Source: Clostridia bacterium
GTDB lineage: Bacteria > Bacillota > Clostridia > Oscillospirales > CAG-272
Direction: 5' to 3'
Assembly (NCBI GenBank): GCA_017533565.1
Contig: JAFXHU010000015.1
Span: forward strand, 640 to 64,639
DNA length: 64,000 nt
The notes under the pieces are model-generated. The model was not told the origin of the DNA, ran no database searches, and was given only the letters and a program-made list of their open reading frames with translations. A program made the translations under genes and the position numbers. Below are positions 1 to 9,250 of the stretch, one piece after another (position 1 is the stretch's first letter; each line of letters opens with the position of its first letter).

Positions 1-20
1 TCAGTCCGGATGAAAAAAGA
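1..20 (+). ncRNA. 3' end of FMN riboswitch aptamer (truncated by window start)
   Basis: CAGTCCGGATGAAAAAAG resembles the conserved RFN 3' segment AGTCYGGATGRRAGAAG; it lies upstream of a terminator and an ECF S-component gene. Confidence 0.7.
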
Positions 21-84
21 GAGTCGAAGATAGTACTATGCCAACGTGTGGCGTAAATAACTATTTACAATATTTTCTCTTTTC

Positions 85-117
85 CTCATAGATGCGGTGC
101 GCACTGTGAGTTTTTTT
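85..117 (+). terminator. Riboswitch expression-platform terminator
   Basis: CTCATAG-ATGCG/CGCA-CTGTGAG stem followed by T7, upstream of the ribU RBS. Confidence 0.7.
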
Positions 118-140
118 ATTTGTCTTGAAAGGAAAAGAGT

Positions 141-872
141 ATGAGCAAAAAAACTAAATTTTCAACCCGTATGCTTGCGGGTGTCGGCATATTTTCCGCG
201 CTTGCCGCGGTTGTAAGCTTTCTTACCTCCTTTTTAAAGGTAGGCTTTCTCTCGCTTGATGCGGGGGACATCGTAATCGTAATCGCATCCTTTATCTACG
301 GACCCGTAAGCGGAGCTATCGTTTCGCTTATCTCCGCGCTGGCAAGCTTTCTTTATTCGGGTACGGGATTTTGGGGCTTCCTTATGGATTTTGCCTCCTC
401 CGCCGCCTTCGTTTTCGTGGCGTCCTTTATCTACTCGCGAAAAAGGAATTTTAAATCGGCAATAATCGGTATCGGCGTTTCGGTTATAACAACCACCGCA
501 ATAATGATGCCGCTTAACATACTTATTACACCCATATATACGGGCGCATCCACGGGCTACGTAATATCGCTTATTCCCGTTTTGCTCCTGCCGTTTAATT
601 TTGCAAAAACGCTTTTTAACGGCGCCGTGTCGCTTATAATTTATAAGCCGCTTGTCCGCGCCATGCGTGCGGCAAGGCTTGCGCCTCCGTCAAAAGCCAA
701 GGACTCCGACCCGCAAAAGCCAAAGGACCGCCGTCCCACCGTTATGGCTCTCGTCCTCGGAGCGCTTGCCATCGCGGTTGCAGTTACCGTGCTTATCCTT
801 ATTAACACGCTCACCGACTATCACTTTAAGGTGGAGGAGCTGACCGCGCTTTGCCCCGCATACCTCGTATAA
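141..872 (+). CDS. ribU: ECF transporter S component, probably riboflavin-specific
   Basis: Multi-TM protein with FLSLD..D...IASFIYGP..G and LLPFNFAK motifs; FMN riboswitch remnant upstream. Confidence 0.75.
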   Translation: MSKKTKFSTRMLAGVGIFSALAAVVSFLTSFLKVGFLSLDAGDIVIVIASFIYGPVSGAIVSLISALASFLYSGTGFWGFLMDFASSAAFVFVASFIYSRKRNFKSAIIGIGVSVITTTAIMMPLNILITPIYTGASTGYVISLIPVLLLPFNFAKTLFNGAVSLIIYKPLVRAMRAARLAPPSKAKDSDPQKPKDRRPTVMALVLGALAIAVAVTVLILINTLTDYHFKVEELTALCPAYLV

Positions 873-888
873 ACGGCAAATAAATTCT

Positions 889-1668
889 ATGGAATACTTG
901 ATTTGCAAAAATTCACAGGGCGAGCTTCTTTGCTTTGCTCCCGTATCGGATAACCCGAAAATCCCCGAAGCGGCCGACCCGTGTCGAGTTTTTACCGCCG
1001 AGGTGCTTGCTTCAACCACGCTTAACGCCGACGCGCGCGAGGTGTATTGGCTTTACGAGGTCTGCTTTTCGGATTTTTCAAGCGCCTTCGTCACCGCCTT
1101 CGATTTTTCGGACGCGCTCGTTACCGCCCTCCTTCACGGAGGCGGGGGTCTTATCCCGTTTTATATATACGAATACGACCTTTTCGAGCTTCGGGAAAGC
1201 GGGAAAAACGGTGTCACCTCCTACGAATTTGATACGAAGCCCTCCGCCCTCCTTTCGGTGCTTAACGAAAAAAACCGCGACCTTGTCGCCCATGCGATAG
1301 CCTTTGCTAACGGCAATACCGAAGGGGGACTTCTCAAAGCCGAAAGAGAATATATTGAAAAAATTCTCGGCGCTGCGGATAAAACGGGGCTGGAGCTTAC
1401 CGCCGATGAAATTCTTTCGGTCTGCTCCTACGTGTGGAATAACTATATTCTTTTTGAGTCAACCGACGCCTCCGAGGAGGTGCGCCGCCTTCACGCCCGC
1501 CACTCTGCCGAGGCTGACCCCGTTGCCCTTTTGATGTGGACCTTCGTTTTCGAGCAATGGGCGCACTACGACTGTCACCTGCCTTATACGCTTTACCGTC
1601 TGCTGCTTAACGGCGGCTTTGACGGCTGTATCGACGGGCTTTGTGCCGAAAGAGAAATTTTGATGTAA
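889..1668 (+). CDS. Hypothetical protein
   Basis: 259-aa ORF directly downstream of ribU with host-like codon usage; no recognisable motif. Confidence 0.65.
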   Translation: MEYLICKNSQGELLCFAPVSDNPKIPEAADPCRVFTAEVLASTTLNADAREVYWLYEVCFSDFSSAFVTAFDFSDALVTALLHGGGGLIPFYIYEYDLFELRESGKNGVTSYEFDTKPSALLSVLNEKNRDLVAHAIAFANGNTEGGLLKAEREYIEKILGAADKTGLELTADEILSVCSYVWNNYILFESTDASEEVRRLHARHSAEADPVALLMWTFVFEQWAHYDCHLPYTLYRLLLNGGFDGCIDGLCAEREILM

Positions 1669-1694
1669 ATGCGTTGCGGTTTTTGGCGTAAACA

Positions 1695-1723
1695 TTGACT
1701 TTTTCGGGCAACTGTGCTACAAT
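1695..1723 (+). promoter_or_regulatory. Sigma-A-type promoter
   Basis: TTGACT-17 bp-TACAAT with an extended -10 TG. Confidence 0.7.
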
Positions 1724-1768
1724 AAACTCGGTAAACTGATTAAGTAAAGCTTTTAAAGGAGAAACATT

Positions 1769-2017
1769 ATGGCAGCAACGGTTTATGCAATTGACGTCGT
1801 TATGACAAACGGCAATCGCGGCTATGTAAAATTTTACGGCGACGGCACTTGGGACTGGCATCTCGTCAGCAACGTTGACGAGGCTACTTTATACAGAACA
1901 CAGCAGGAGGCGGTTGACGACTTTTATAAGTACGTGAAAGATGCCGTAAGCGAATACGGAGCAAGAGTTGACAGAAGCAGATGCACCATCGCCGAATGCT
2001 ACGCGCCTTGGGCATAA
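1769..2017 (+). CDS. Small hypothetical protein (82 aa)
   Basis: AAGGGAG RBS, own promoter and downstream terminator. Confidence 0.7.
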   Translation: MAATVYAIDVVMTNGNRGYVKFYGDGTWDWHLVSNVDEATLYRTQQEAVDDFYKYVKDAVSEYGARVDRSRCTIAECYAPWA

Positions 2018-2080
2018 TTTGCAAAAGGGTGAGCATTTGCCGCTTTCCCGAAAGGGATTTTATCTATTCTACGCAAAAGG

Positions 2081-2110
2081 AAAACGACCGCCGCGGCGGT
2101 CGTTTTTGTT
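2081..2110. terminator. Bidirectional intrinsic terminator
   Basis: AAAACGACCGCC-GC-GGCGGTCGTTTT between convergent genes. Confidence 0.8.
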
Positions 2111-2120
2111 TTATATTCTT

Positions 2121-3410
2121 TTATGCAAGATGCTCTTTTCTTGCCCTCTCCATTCGTCTTACGACCGTGTTGGTGTAAATAATCGAGAGGATTGAGAAGG
2201 CTATGCCAATAACGCATACAACCTGCTGTGCATATACGTTCTCGAGAAAGAGGAATTCGTTGCCCTGTGCCTGTATGTAATTGACGAGCGGGCGCACCGC
2301 AAGCGTTGTGAGAAAGCCCGAAACTCCGCCGAGAGAATAAAGAACGGCGAGAGAGTTGGGACGCTTTTCCTCGGCAACGTTGTTGAAAATCAAGATGATA
2401 AGCGCGGAATTTGTGCAAGCCATAACAACCGCGTAGAGCATTTGATATATTACGTAGGACGCCCTTCCTCCGAGCATTATAACCACGAGCGATACTGCAA
2501 ATGCAAAAATACCGATTGTGAGATTTCCGACGAAGCCGCGACGGTCGCCGAGAGCGCCGAAGGGGCGCGAAATTACCGCGCGAAGAAGAGCGTATGCGGC
2601 GGAGATTACCGATATTACGGTCATCGAAAAGCCAAGCTCGTTAATTGCGTAGGTGCTGAAAAACGGGGTAGTGGAATAAATCGCAATATTCCAAAGGACG
2701 TAAAGGGGAATGAGCAAGAGCGTTGCCCTGTCCGAAAACGCGCTCTTTATACGCAAAAGCGGCTTTTCCTCCACGCGCTTTGGCAGAGGCTTTTGCTTTG
2801 AAACGAGAAGGCAAACCGTGCAGCACGCCGAAAGAAGAAAGATTACCGCGCCGATAATTCCAAAGGCGAGCATAAGGCGGTTTTGCGCCTCCAAAGCGTC
2901 GATAATCGCGCCCATCGCAAAGGAAAAGAGCATTCCCGAAACAAGCGAAACAATCTCGTTAAGCGCGGAATACCTGCCGAGGTGACCCTCCCTTACAAGT
3001 CCGCGCGACCAGGCGGTTTTCCTCGGCGCGACTATGTTGAGAAGAATATTACCCGCAAGAATAAGACCGATGAAAATCCAAATGCGCGTGCCGCTTGGGA
3101 GCCGTATAAACGGAACGAGGTATAAAAGAAGAAAGCACAGCTGGTTAAAAGCGGTAAAGAGGATGATATTCCTCTTTTTGTTCATCATATCGCCGAGGAA
3201 TATCGAAACGAGCTGAAAGGAGCAGCCGAGCGCAAGAAACGAGGTTACAAGACCGATTGTTCCGTCGTCAAGTCCGACCGCCGAGCCAAGCTTTGCAAGG
3301 TAGGTTGTGCCTACGAGAATGGAGATAAAATATTCAAGAGCCGCGAATGCAATCTGAAAGCCGCGGCTTACCTTATAAATATCCTTTTCTTGGTTTAAGG
3401 TGTTGTTCAT
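2121..3410 (-). CDS. MFS transporter
   Basis: About 12 hydrophobic segments; G.LGDRRG loop motif. Confidence 0.8.
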   Translation of the reverse strand: MNNTLNQEKDIYKVSRGFQIAFAALEYFISILVGTTYLAKLGSAVGLDDGTIGLVTSFLALGCSFQLVSIFLGDMMNKKRNIILFTAFNQLCFLLLYLVPFIRLPSGTRIWIFIGLILAGNILLNIVAPRKTAWSRGLVREGHLGRYSALNEIVSLVSGMLFSFAMGAIIDALEAQNRLMLAFGIIGAVIFLLSACCTVCLLVSKQKPLPKRVEEKPLLRIKSAFSDRATLLLIPLYVLWNIAIYSTTPFFSTYAINELGFSMTVISVISAAYALLRAVISRPFGALGDRRGFVGNLTIGIFAFAVSLVVIMLGGRASYVIYQMLYAVVMACTNSALIILIFNNVAEEKRPNSLAVLYSLGGVSGFLTTLAVRPLVNYIQAQGNEFLFLENVYAQQVVCVIGIAFSILSIIYTNTVVRRMERARKEHLA

Positions 3411-3584
3411 AGCTCACGTACCGTTTGAAATTTGTTCGCAAATTTCCTTTGCGCCAAGGCAAGTGTAGCACAGTTAACCCGCCTTGTCAATAGAAAAACG
3501 AAAAATAAAAAAACACTTTTTCGGTTTTCAAAAAAGGCACAAAAAGTGGGACATTCGCACCCCCGCAAATGTCCCGTGAAAGCA

Positions 3585-5498
3585 TTATTCTATTATCAAA
3601 AGCGTGTGAAGCGAAAAGGGCGGAAGCGTTATTCGGAGCATATCTCCAACCGTATCGAACGGTATTTTTTCACCGGTTACGGGGAGGGTTACGCTACTTA
3701 CACGCCTACCGACTCGGAGGCTTACGCTAACGCCGTGGAGCGTCGGAAAGTCGGGCAAAATACAAACGTTGCCGCGATTGATGGGCGGAGCGTAGAGCAG
3801 ATGCACCGCGATAAAGCCGTCGCCCTCGCGTGTGCGAAGCTTTGCCGCGGAGGGGAAATTTTTAACCGCCGCATACGGTTCGTAAACCGATAGAATACCC
3901 TTTTTTATATATTCCTCCAGAACGTAGCTGCCCGATTTGTTGTATGCCGAAAAGACGGGATGCGCGAAATATGCGACGCCTCCGTTTTTCACAAGTGCGG
4001 GATATTCCGCGGCATCAAGCCTGTACGGTGTGTTCTTGTGACCGCAGAAATGACCCTCGCGGCGGTTGAAATACGGCTCGTAAACCCTTGCAAGAGTCTC
4101 GCCCTCGCACTCGGTGATATAAGCGGAGGAGTAGGACAAAAACGGAGTGTTAAAGCCGTCAAGCTCGCACTCTATATAGTCAAGGTCGAAGGGGGACGGT
4201 GAGAGCTTTTTTATTCCGATTTCCCGAAATCCGCTTTCGTAGGATGCCACAATGCTGCCACCCCGTGTCACAAAATCGCGCAATTTTGCCTTATCCTGTG
4301 CCAAAAGGCATACAGCATCGGGAAGAATTACGAGCCTGTGCCCCGAAAGCTCGTCGGCGCTCTCTATAACGTCGAAATCAAGCTGCATAAGCTGTAAAAG
4401 CTTTGATGCTCCGACGTCGGAATCGCTGTTGTGGCTCATAAAAAGGGCGACGTCGGTGTATGCCCTCGTGCCATAGGAATACGGCTCCAGCCTTGCCGCG
4501 TAGTCGAATGCGTGACCGATAAGGCGGTAGGTAGCCTCGTCAAGCCTTCCCGATGGGTGAAGATGGTCGCCGACCGAAATCTCCGCGCCTACGCTGAGCA
4601 TATCCGCACATTCATAACGAAGCGCCTCGGGATGCTTAAAGCCGCCAAACTCGCCCCAGGCATGGTGGAACTTTCCCGTCATACCGAGATACGGCTTTCC
4701 GTATCTTTCAAAGAACTTTGCACGAATGGGCATAAGGTCGTAGCCGCCCCACGCTGTGGGCAGGTCCTCAAGCTCGTAGTGCGTCTGATATGGGTGATAC
4801 TCGGTGCGGTTCATATCCGCGCCGCCATTGTAAAATACGGTGGCATTCGGAGCGTATTCGTGTACCACTGCGGTAAGACGGCGCATCATTTCAATGTGCT
4901 TTTGCTTGTAATATTTCTTGGCGTCGTCCTCGCTTTCGGGATTAAGCCCGAGAGCCTTCATACCGCATATACAGTCGGGACAGCCGCAGGATTCCTTTAC
5001 AAAGCAAATGTCGTAAAAGATACCGTCCGAAACGTCAAACTGCTCGCAAACGTCGCGCGTGACACGCTCCACCTCGTCAAGGTAGCCGCCCACGGGGCAA
5101 AGCGCCGCCCAGGAGCAATCCTCAATGTGTGCCTCGGGGTCGCCCGTCGGTGCGGAGCCAAAGTAGATTGGCTCGCCCGTTTTTATATTCCGCATCAGCC
5201 ATTCGGGGTGCGCGTCGGCATCCAGCTTTGACCAGCCGATGGGGATGTAAATCGGTGCCTTTGCCCCCGCGTCGTGGATAGCCTCTATCTGCTCCTTTAA
5301 AAGGTTGAATTTAAGGTGTGGGTGCATTTTTCCCACCCGCGTCGGGTAGTAGCAGTAGCCGTGATGGCACTTTGCAAACACGGTCATAAGGTCAACCCTC
5401 GCCGCCTTTATCGTAGCCGTAAACTCCTCTTTGTTAAAGCTCTCGCCGATGCCCTCTATGTCGGGACTTGTGTGAAAATCAAGATGGACTCTTTTCAT
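3585..5498 (-). CDS. Glycoside hydrolase, GH151/GHL6-like (putative alpha-L-fucosidase) with beta-galactosidase trimerisation-type domain
   Basis: HLDFHT, FAKCHHG..YYPT..G.MHP.L.F.LL..QI and GMTGKFH..WGEFGGFK motifs. Confidence 0.75.
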   Translation of the reverse strand: MKRVHLDFHTSPDIEGIGESFNKEEFTATIKAARVDLMTVFAKCHHGYCYYPTRVGKMHPHLKFNLLKEQIEAIHDAGAKAPIYIPIGWSKLDADAHPEWLMRNIKTGEPIYFGSAPTGDPEAHIEDCSWAALCPVGGYLDEVERVTRDVCEQFDVSDGIFYDICFVKESCGCPDCICGMKALGLNPESEDDAKKYYKQKHIEMMRRLTAVVHEYAPNATVFYNGGADMNRTEYHPYQTHYELEDLPTAWGGYDLMPIRAKFFERYGKPYLGMTGKFHHAWGEFGGFKHPEALRYECADMLSVGAEISVGDHLHPSGRLDEATYRLIGHAFDYAARLEPYSYGTRAYTDVALFMSHNSDSDVGASKLLQLMQLDFDVIESADELSGHRLVILPDAVCLLAQDKAKLRDFVTRGGSIVASYESGFREIGIKKLSPSPFDLDYIECELDGFNTPFLSYSSAYITECEGETLARVYEPYFNRREGHFCGHKNTPYRLDAAEYPALVKNGGVAYFAHPVFSAYNKSGSYVLEEYIKKGILSVYEPYAAVKNFPSAAKLRTREGDGFIAVHLLYAPPINRGNVCILPDFPTLHGVSVSLRVGRRVSSVTLPVTGEKIPFDTVGDMLRITLPPFSLHTLLIIE

Positions 5499-5560
5499 AT
5501 GTCCTCCAAAAAAGTTGTTCTTTCCTTTATTATATAGTAAACAATTAGAAAAGTAAAGAG

Positions 5561-5585
5561 AAAAAGCACCCGTAGGTGCTTTTTT
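5561..5585. terminator. Intrinsic terminator downstream of the XRE gene
   Basis: AAAAAGCACC-CGTA-GGTGCTTTTT. Confidence 0.75.
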
Positions 5586-5824
5586 TAAATAAGCTCGTCA
5601 AGCGAAACGGCAAAAACGGTTGCGAGTGCCTTTAGCTCAATATCCGTAACAAAGCGTTTTCCGCTCTCAATTCTTTGAATGGCGTTTTTGTCCACGTCTA
5701 TTCCCAAGAGCTGAAGCTTGTCGGCAAGTGCTCTTTGCGACATTTTGGTGGGATAGGATAAGCGAAGCTCGCGTACGCGCTCGCCGCAAAGATTGTTTCG
5801 CCCCGCATTTTTGTTTTTAAACAT
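5585..5824 (-). CDS. XRE-family HTH transcriptional regulator
   Basis: G.RVRELR...MSQRALA..LQ..G......AIQRIESGKR.VTD.EL..LA.VF. Confidence 0.85.
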   Translation of the reverse strand: MFKNKNAGRNNLCGERVRELRLSYPTKMSQRALADKLQLLGIDVDKNAIQRIESGKRFVTDIELKALATVFAVSLDELI

Positions 5825-5850
5825 AGCTTACCTCTTTTGACATTCAGTGA

Positions 5851-5879
5851 TTGACAAATATATTATATTGTGTTACAAT
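5851..5879 (+). promoter_or_regulatory. Sigma-A promoter of the AbrB-like gene
   Basis: TTGACA-17 bp-TACAAT. Confidence 0.75.
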
Positions 5880-5942
5880 TGTTAAAATGACACGCAGTGA
5901 ATGTCAAATAATGAAACATTATGTTTTTGTGAGGTAATATCC

Positions 5943-6116
5943 GTGGAAAAATGCGTTGGAATTGTGAAGGAAATAGACAAGCTTGGCAGAATTGTAATAC
6001 CAAAGGATTTCAGAGATAGACTGAAGCTTGGAAAAGAGGTAGAGGTCGTATTGACAAAAGCGGGGATTTTGATAAGAAGCGTAGAATATGAGCTTACGAA
6101 AAAAGAAAATAAATAA
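5943..6116 (+). CDS. AbrB/SpoVT-family DNA-binding protein
   Basis: GIVKEIDKLGRIVIPK.FR..L motif; GAGGT RBS before GTG 5943 (ORF track starts at 5901). Confidence 0.8.
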   Translation: MEKCVGIVKEIDKLGRIVIPKDFRDRLKLGKEVEVVLTKAGILIRSVEYELTKKENK

Positions 6117-6151
6117 CAAACCCGCCTATGCAAAACATAGGCGGGTTTGTT
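6115..6151. terminator. Bidirectional terminator
   Basis: AACAAACCCGCCTATG-CAAAA-CATAGGCGGGTTTGTT. Confidence 0.8.
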
Positions 6152-6477
6152 CACACCCCAGCTGTGAGCTTTATGAGCAGGTCGGTGTCGTCGGGCTGGA
6201 TTTTTGCCTCGTGGGCGGATTTGTTGCGGACGGTTGCTCCGCAACGGTCGCAGCGGTGTATGATTACGTAGCCCTTTTTGGGGTCAGGCTCCGCCTTTAT
6301 CGGGCGGAGTATCCCGCCGCAGGCGTTTGCCCTGTCCCCTGGATTTATATCCACGTGAAGCGAGCAAAGGCAAAACGGACAGTGATTGCGAGAGGTGTAG
6401 CCGAGCGGCAAAACCTCCTTGCCGCAGTTTTTACATATAAAGCCCGCGTCGTTTTTTGAAAATCTCTTGTTTTCCAC
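6151..6477 (-). CDS. RNHCP domain protein
   Basis: F.CKNCG...RNHCPFCL.S.H.D..PGDRA..CGG...H.C.RCG. Confidence 0.9.
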   Translation of the reverse strand: MENKRFSKNDAGFICKNCGKEVLPLGYTSRNHCPFCLCSLHVDINPGDRANACGGILRPIKAEPDPKKGYVIIHRCDRCGATVRNKSAHEAKIQPDDTDLLIKLTAGV

Positions 6478-6575
6478 TTTTTCTCCGTATGTTTACCCCT
6501 ACCCGTGTCAAAAATAAGAGTGTAAAATCGGTATTGAAGCCGTATTTCGGCATCAAAGCCACGGGAGGGGAATTT

Positions 6576-6698
6576 ATGAAAAGAATTATCGGTATTTTGC
6601 TTTGTCTGCTTCTCGCAATAGCTCTCGGCGCATCTGCCCGCGGCTTTCGCGAGGCGGGAGTTTCAATGGCGGAGAGCAGGGGGGAGTATGCGGTATAG
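6576..6698 (+). CDS. Small signal-peptide-like protein (40 aa)
   Basis: GGGAGG RBS, then MKRIIGILLCLLLAIALGASA... Confidence 0.45.
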   Translation: MKRIIGILLCLLLAIALGASARGFREAGVSMAESRGEYAV

Positions 6699-6699
6699 C

Positions 6700-8082
6700 C
6701 TACTTCCCGACGCAGAAGCGGGAAAAAATATCTCCGACAACGCTTTCGGAAACGCTCCTGCCGTCAAGCTCTCCGATTGCCCCAAGGGCAAGCTCTATAT
6801 CGGAGGATGCAGCATCGGCGGGCATACCGACCGAATATGCCGTAATGGCAGCGTCTATAAACTCCCTCGCCCTCAAAAGCGAAGAATGCTGGCGAGCAGA
6901 GGATACGACGGCGTCGGTGGAGGTAGATATCTTCTCGTCCGTGAAAAGTCGGTCAACCACCTCGGTTAAATGGCGCAGAGCCTCATCCCCGCCGTCCCTT
7001 GCCGAGGTGCGGATTGTTGCGTCAAAATCGCAATTAAGCCTACCCGTGTCAAGCTTTTCGGCACCGTCCGCCTTGTTGAGGATACATATTTTCGCCCCGC
7101 GCGCCTCCTTTAGCAGAAGGAGCAAATCCTCGTCCTCCCGATCAAGCTCGCGCGAAAGGTCGAATACCGCGATTATAAGCTCCGCGGCGGCTATTTTTTC
7201 CCTTGAGCGCTCTATGCCGATTTTTTCAACCGTGTCCGCGCCCTCGCTTCTTATTCCCGCCGTGTCGGTAAGCCGAAGCAAAACCCGCCCAAGCGGAACT
7301 GTTTTTTCAAGAAGGTCGCGCGTAGTGCCGGGAATGCTCGTTACTATTGCCGCCTCCTCGTCGAGAATGAGGTTGTATATAGTTGATTTTCCAACGTTGG
7401 GCTTTCCGCAAATTACCGCGGATATTCCCTCGGTTATCGCGCGCCCCGTTTTGTAGGAGTCGATAAGCCGGTTAAGCAGCTCGCGAATTTTGACAAGCTC
7501 CGCGAGCGTTTGCTCCTCGGTAAAATCGCCGAGGTCCTCGTCGGGATAATCAATTCTCGCGTAAATAGAGCCGAGAAGCGTGGTGATTGCCGTGCGGATT
7601 TCCCCGATTTTCGTGCGAAGCCTCGTGCGTGCAGGCTCTGCACCGAGGCGCATTTCCTCGCGGGATTTTGCATCTAAAAGGCTGCCTATTGCCTCCGCAT
7701 CGGTAAGCGAAAGCCGCCCGTTGATAAATGCCCGACGGGTAAATTCGCCGCTTTCTGCAGGCACAGCTCCCGCCGCGAAAACAGCCTCCAGCACGGTCGC
7801 ACTGACCAGGCTGCCGCCGTGACAGGAAATCTCGCACACGTCCTCCCCCGTGTATGAATGGGGCGCGGGGAAAACGGTTGCAAGCCCGTCGTCGATTCTT
7901 TCATTATTATATATAATATATCCGTAAACCTGCGTCCTTGCGGGATAGTCGGAAAGCCGCCTTCCCGATGCGGGACGGAAAACCCTTTCGGTTATTTCGC
8001 ACACGTCCGCGCCGCTTATACGGATAATCGCAACCCCACCCTTTCCGGGTGGGGTGGAAATTGCTGCAATTGTATTGAACAT
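6700..8082 (-). CDS. mnmE: tRNA modification GTPase MnmE
   Basis: TIAAISTP.G.GGVAIIRISG, GKPNVGKS, GTTRD, DTAGIR and C-terminal FCVGK. Confidence 0.97.
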   Translation of the reverse strand: MFNTIAAISTPPGKGGVAIIRISGADVCEITERVFRPASGRRLSDYPARTQVYGYIIYNNERIDDGLATVFPAPHSYTGEDVCEISCHGGSLVSATVLEAVFAAGAVPAESGEFTRRAFINGRLSLTDAEAIGSLLDAKSREEMRLGAEPARTRLRTKIGEIRTAITTLLGSIYARIDYPDEDLGDFTEEQTLAELVKIRELLNRLIDSYKTGRAITEGISAVICGKPNVGKSTIYNLILDEEAAIVTSIPGTTRDLLEKTVPLGRVLLRLTDTAGIRSEGADTVEKIGIERSREKIAAAELIIAVFDLSRELDREDEDLLLLLKEARGAKICILNKADGAEKLDTGRLNCDFDATIRTSARDGGDEALRHLTEVVDRLFTDEKISTSTDAVVSSARQHSSLLRAREFIDAAITAYSVGMPADAASSDIELALGAIGELDGRSVSESVVGDIFSRFCVGK

Positions 8083-9197
8083 TACTTGATTCCGTCGTCG
8101 TCCTCGTCGATGACAAGCTCCTCTGCCTCGTCGGGAACGGTGGTTTCAACGGTAACGGTTTCGTCGTCGCTTTCGTCAACCGAAACGCTTACGTCAACTG
8201 CGCCGACGCTTGCGCTTACGTCGTCTGCCTCGGGTGCAAACTCGTCGCGAAGCGAGGTGGAGGCTTCAACCTCCGCATCCTCCTCAAAAATGCCCTCGGG
8301 CTTCTTGTCGGTGAGGAAGATTACGATTTTGCGGTTGTTTTCCGAGCCGATGGAGTTGGTGGAAACACCCTCGATGCCCTGAATTTCGGAGTGAATAATT
8401 CTTCTCTCGTACGCACTCATAGGCTCGAGCATAACGCTGCGCTTGTTGCGGAGTGCCTTCTGTGCCATTCTTCTTGCAAGCGCACGGAGGGTAGCCTCTC
8501 TCTTTGCGCGGTAGCCCTCGATGTCGATTGTAACGCGGCTCTTGTCGCGCTCGCCCTTCGAGTTCTTTCTCGCGGAGGCGAGGTTTGCAAGATACTGAAG
8601 CGCGTCGAGAGTGTCGCCGTGATGACCGATAAGAGTGGAGGCGTCCGAGCCGATGATGTTGATTCTTCTCGTTCCGTCCTCGCAGGAATACAGCTCTGCG
8701 GTAGCCTCAAGACCGATATCCGAAAGGAGGGTGTTGATAAAGTCGAAGGACATATCCTCTCCCGCCTCTACCTCGCGGCGCTCCATCTTAAGCTCGTTTT
8801 CGGGAATTACGGGAGCCTGCGGCTTGCTTGCGGAGCCTTCTGCACCCGTCTTTTTCTTGTGCTTCTTTTTCTTCTTATTGCTCTGGGCGGGAGCTGCCTC
8901 CTCACCCTCCTTTACCTCGGGCTTCTTTTCCTCTCTTGGCTTTGCCTCGGTTTTTCTTTCGGGCTTCGGTCCTTTTTTCTTGTCCCCTCTGCGTCTTTCC
9001 TCACGCTCGGGAATTTCAATCGATGCCTTAACCTGTGCGGGCTTTACGCCGATAATGCCGAAGATGCCTTTCGAGCCCATATGAACTATTTCAAACTTAA
9101 TATCTACGTCGTCAAGCGCGGAAACGCCAAGCGCCGCGCGGGCATTTTCCTTTGCCTCTGCAACGTCCTTACCTGTTGCAAGTACTTCCTTAATCAT
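8082..9197 (-). CDS. jag: RNA-binding protein Jag/KhpB (Jag_N, KH, R3H) with acidic C-terminal tail
   Basis: SKGIFG, LIGHHGDTLDALQYL and LEPMSAYERRIIH motifs. Confidence 0.93.
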   Translation of the reverse strand: MIKEVLATGKDVAEAKENARAALGVSALDDVDIKFEIVHMGSKGIFGIIGVKPAQVKASIEIPEREERRRGDKKKGPKPERKTEAKPREEKKPEVKEGEEAAPAQSNKKKKKHKKKTGAEGSASKPQAPVIPENELKMERREVEAGEDMSFDFINTLLSDIGLEATAELYSCEDGTRRINIIGSDASTLIGHHGDTLDALQYLANLASARKNSKGERDKSRVTIDIEGYRAKREATLRALARRMAQKALRNKRSVMLEPMSAYERRIIHSEIQGIEGVSTNSIGSENNRKIVIFLTDKKPEGIFEEDAEVEASTSLRDEFAPEADDVSASVGAVDVSVSVDESDDETVTVETTVPDEAEELVIDEDDDGIK

Positions 9198-9250
9198 ATC
9201 TTAACCTTTCTTTAACTGTTTAAAAGATGTCCTCTGACAGCCTATACCTG

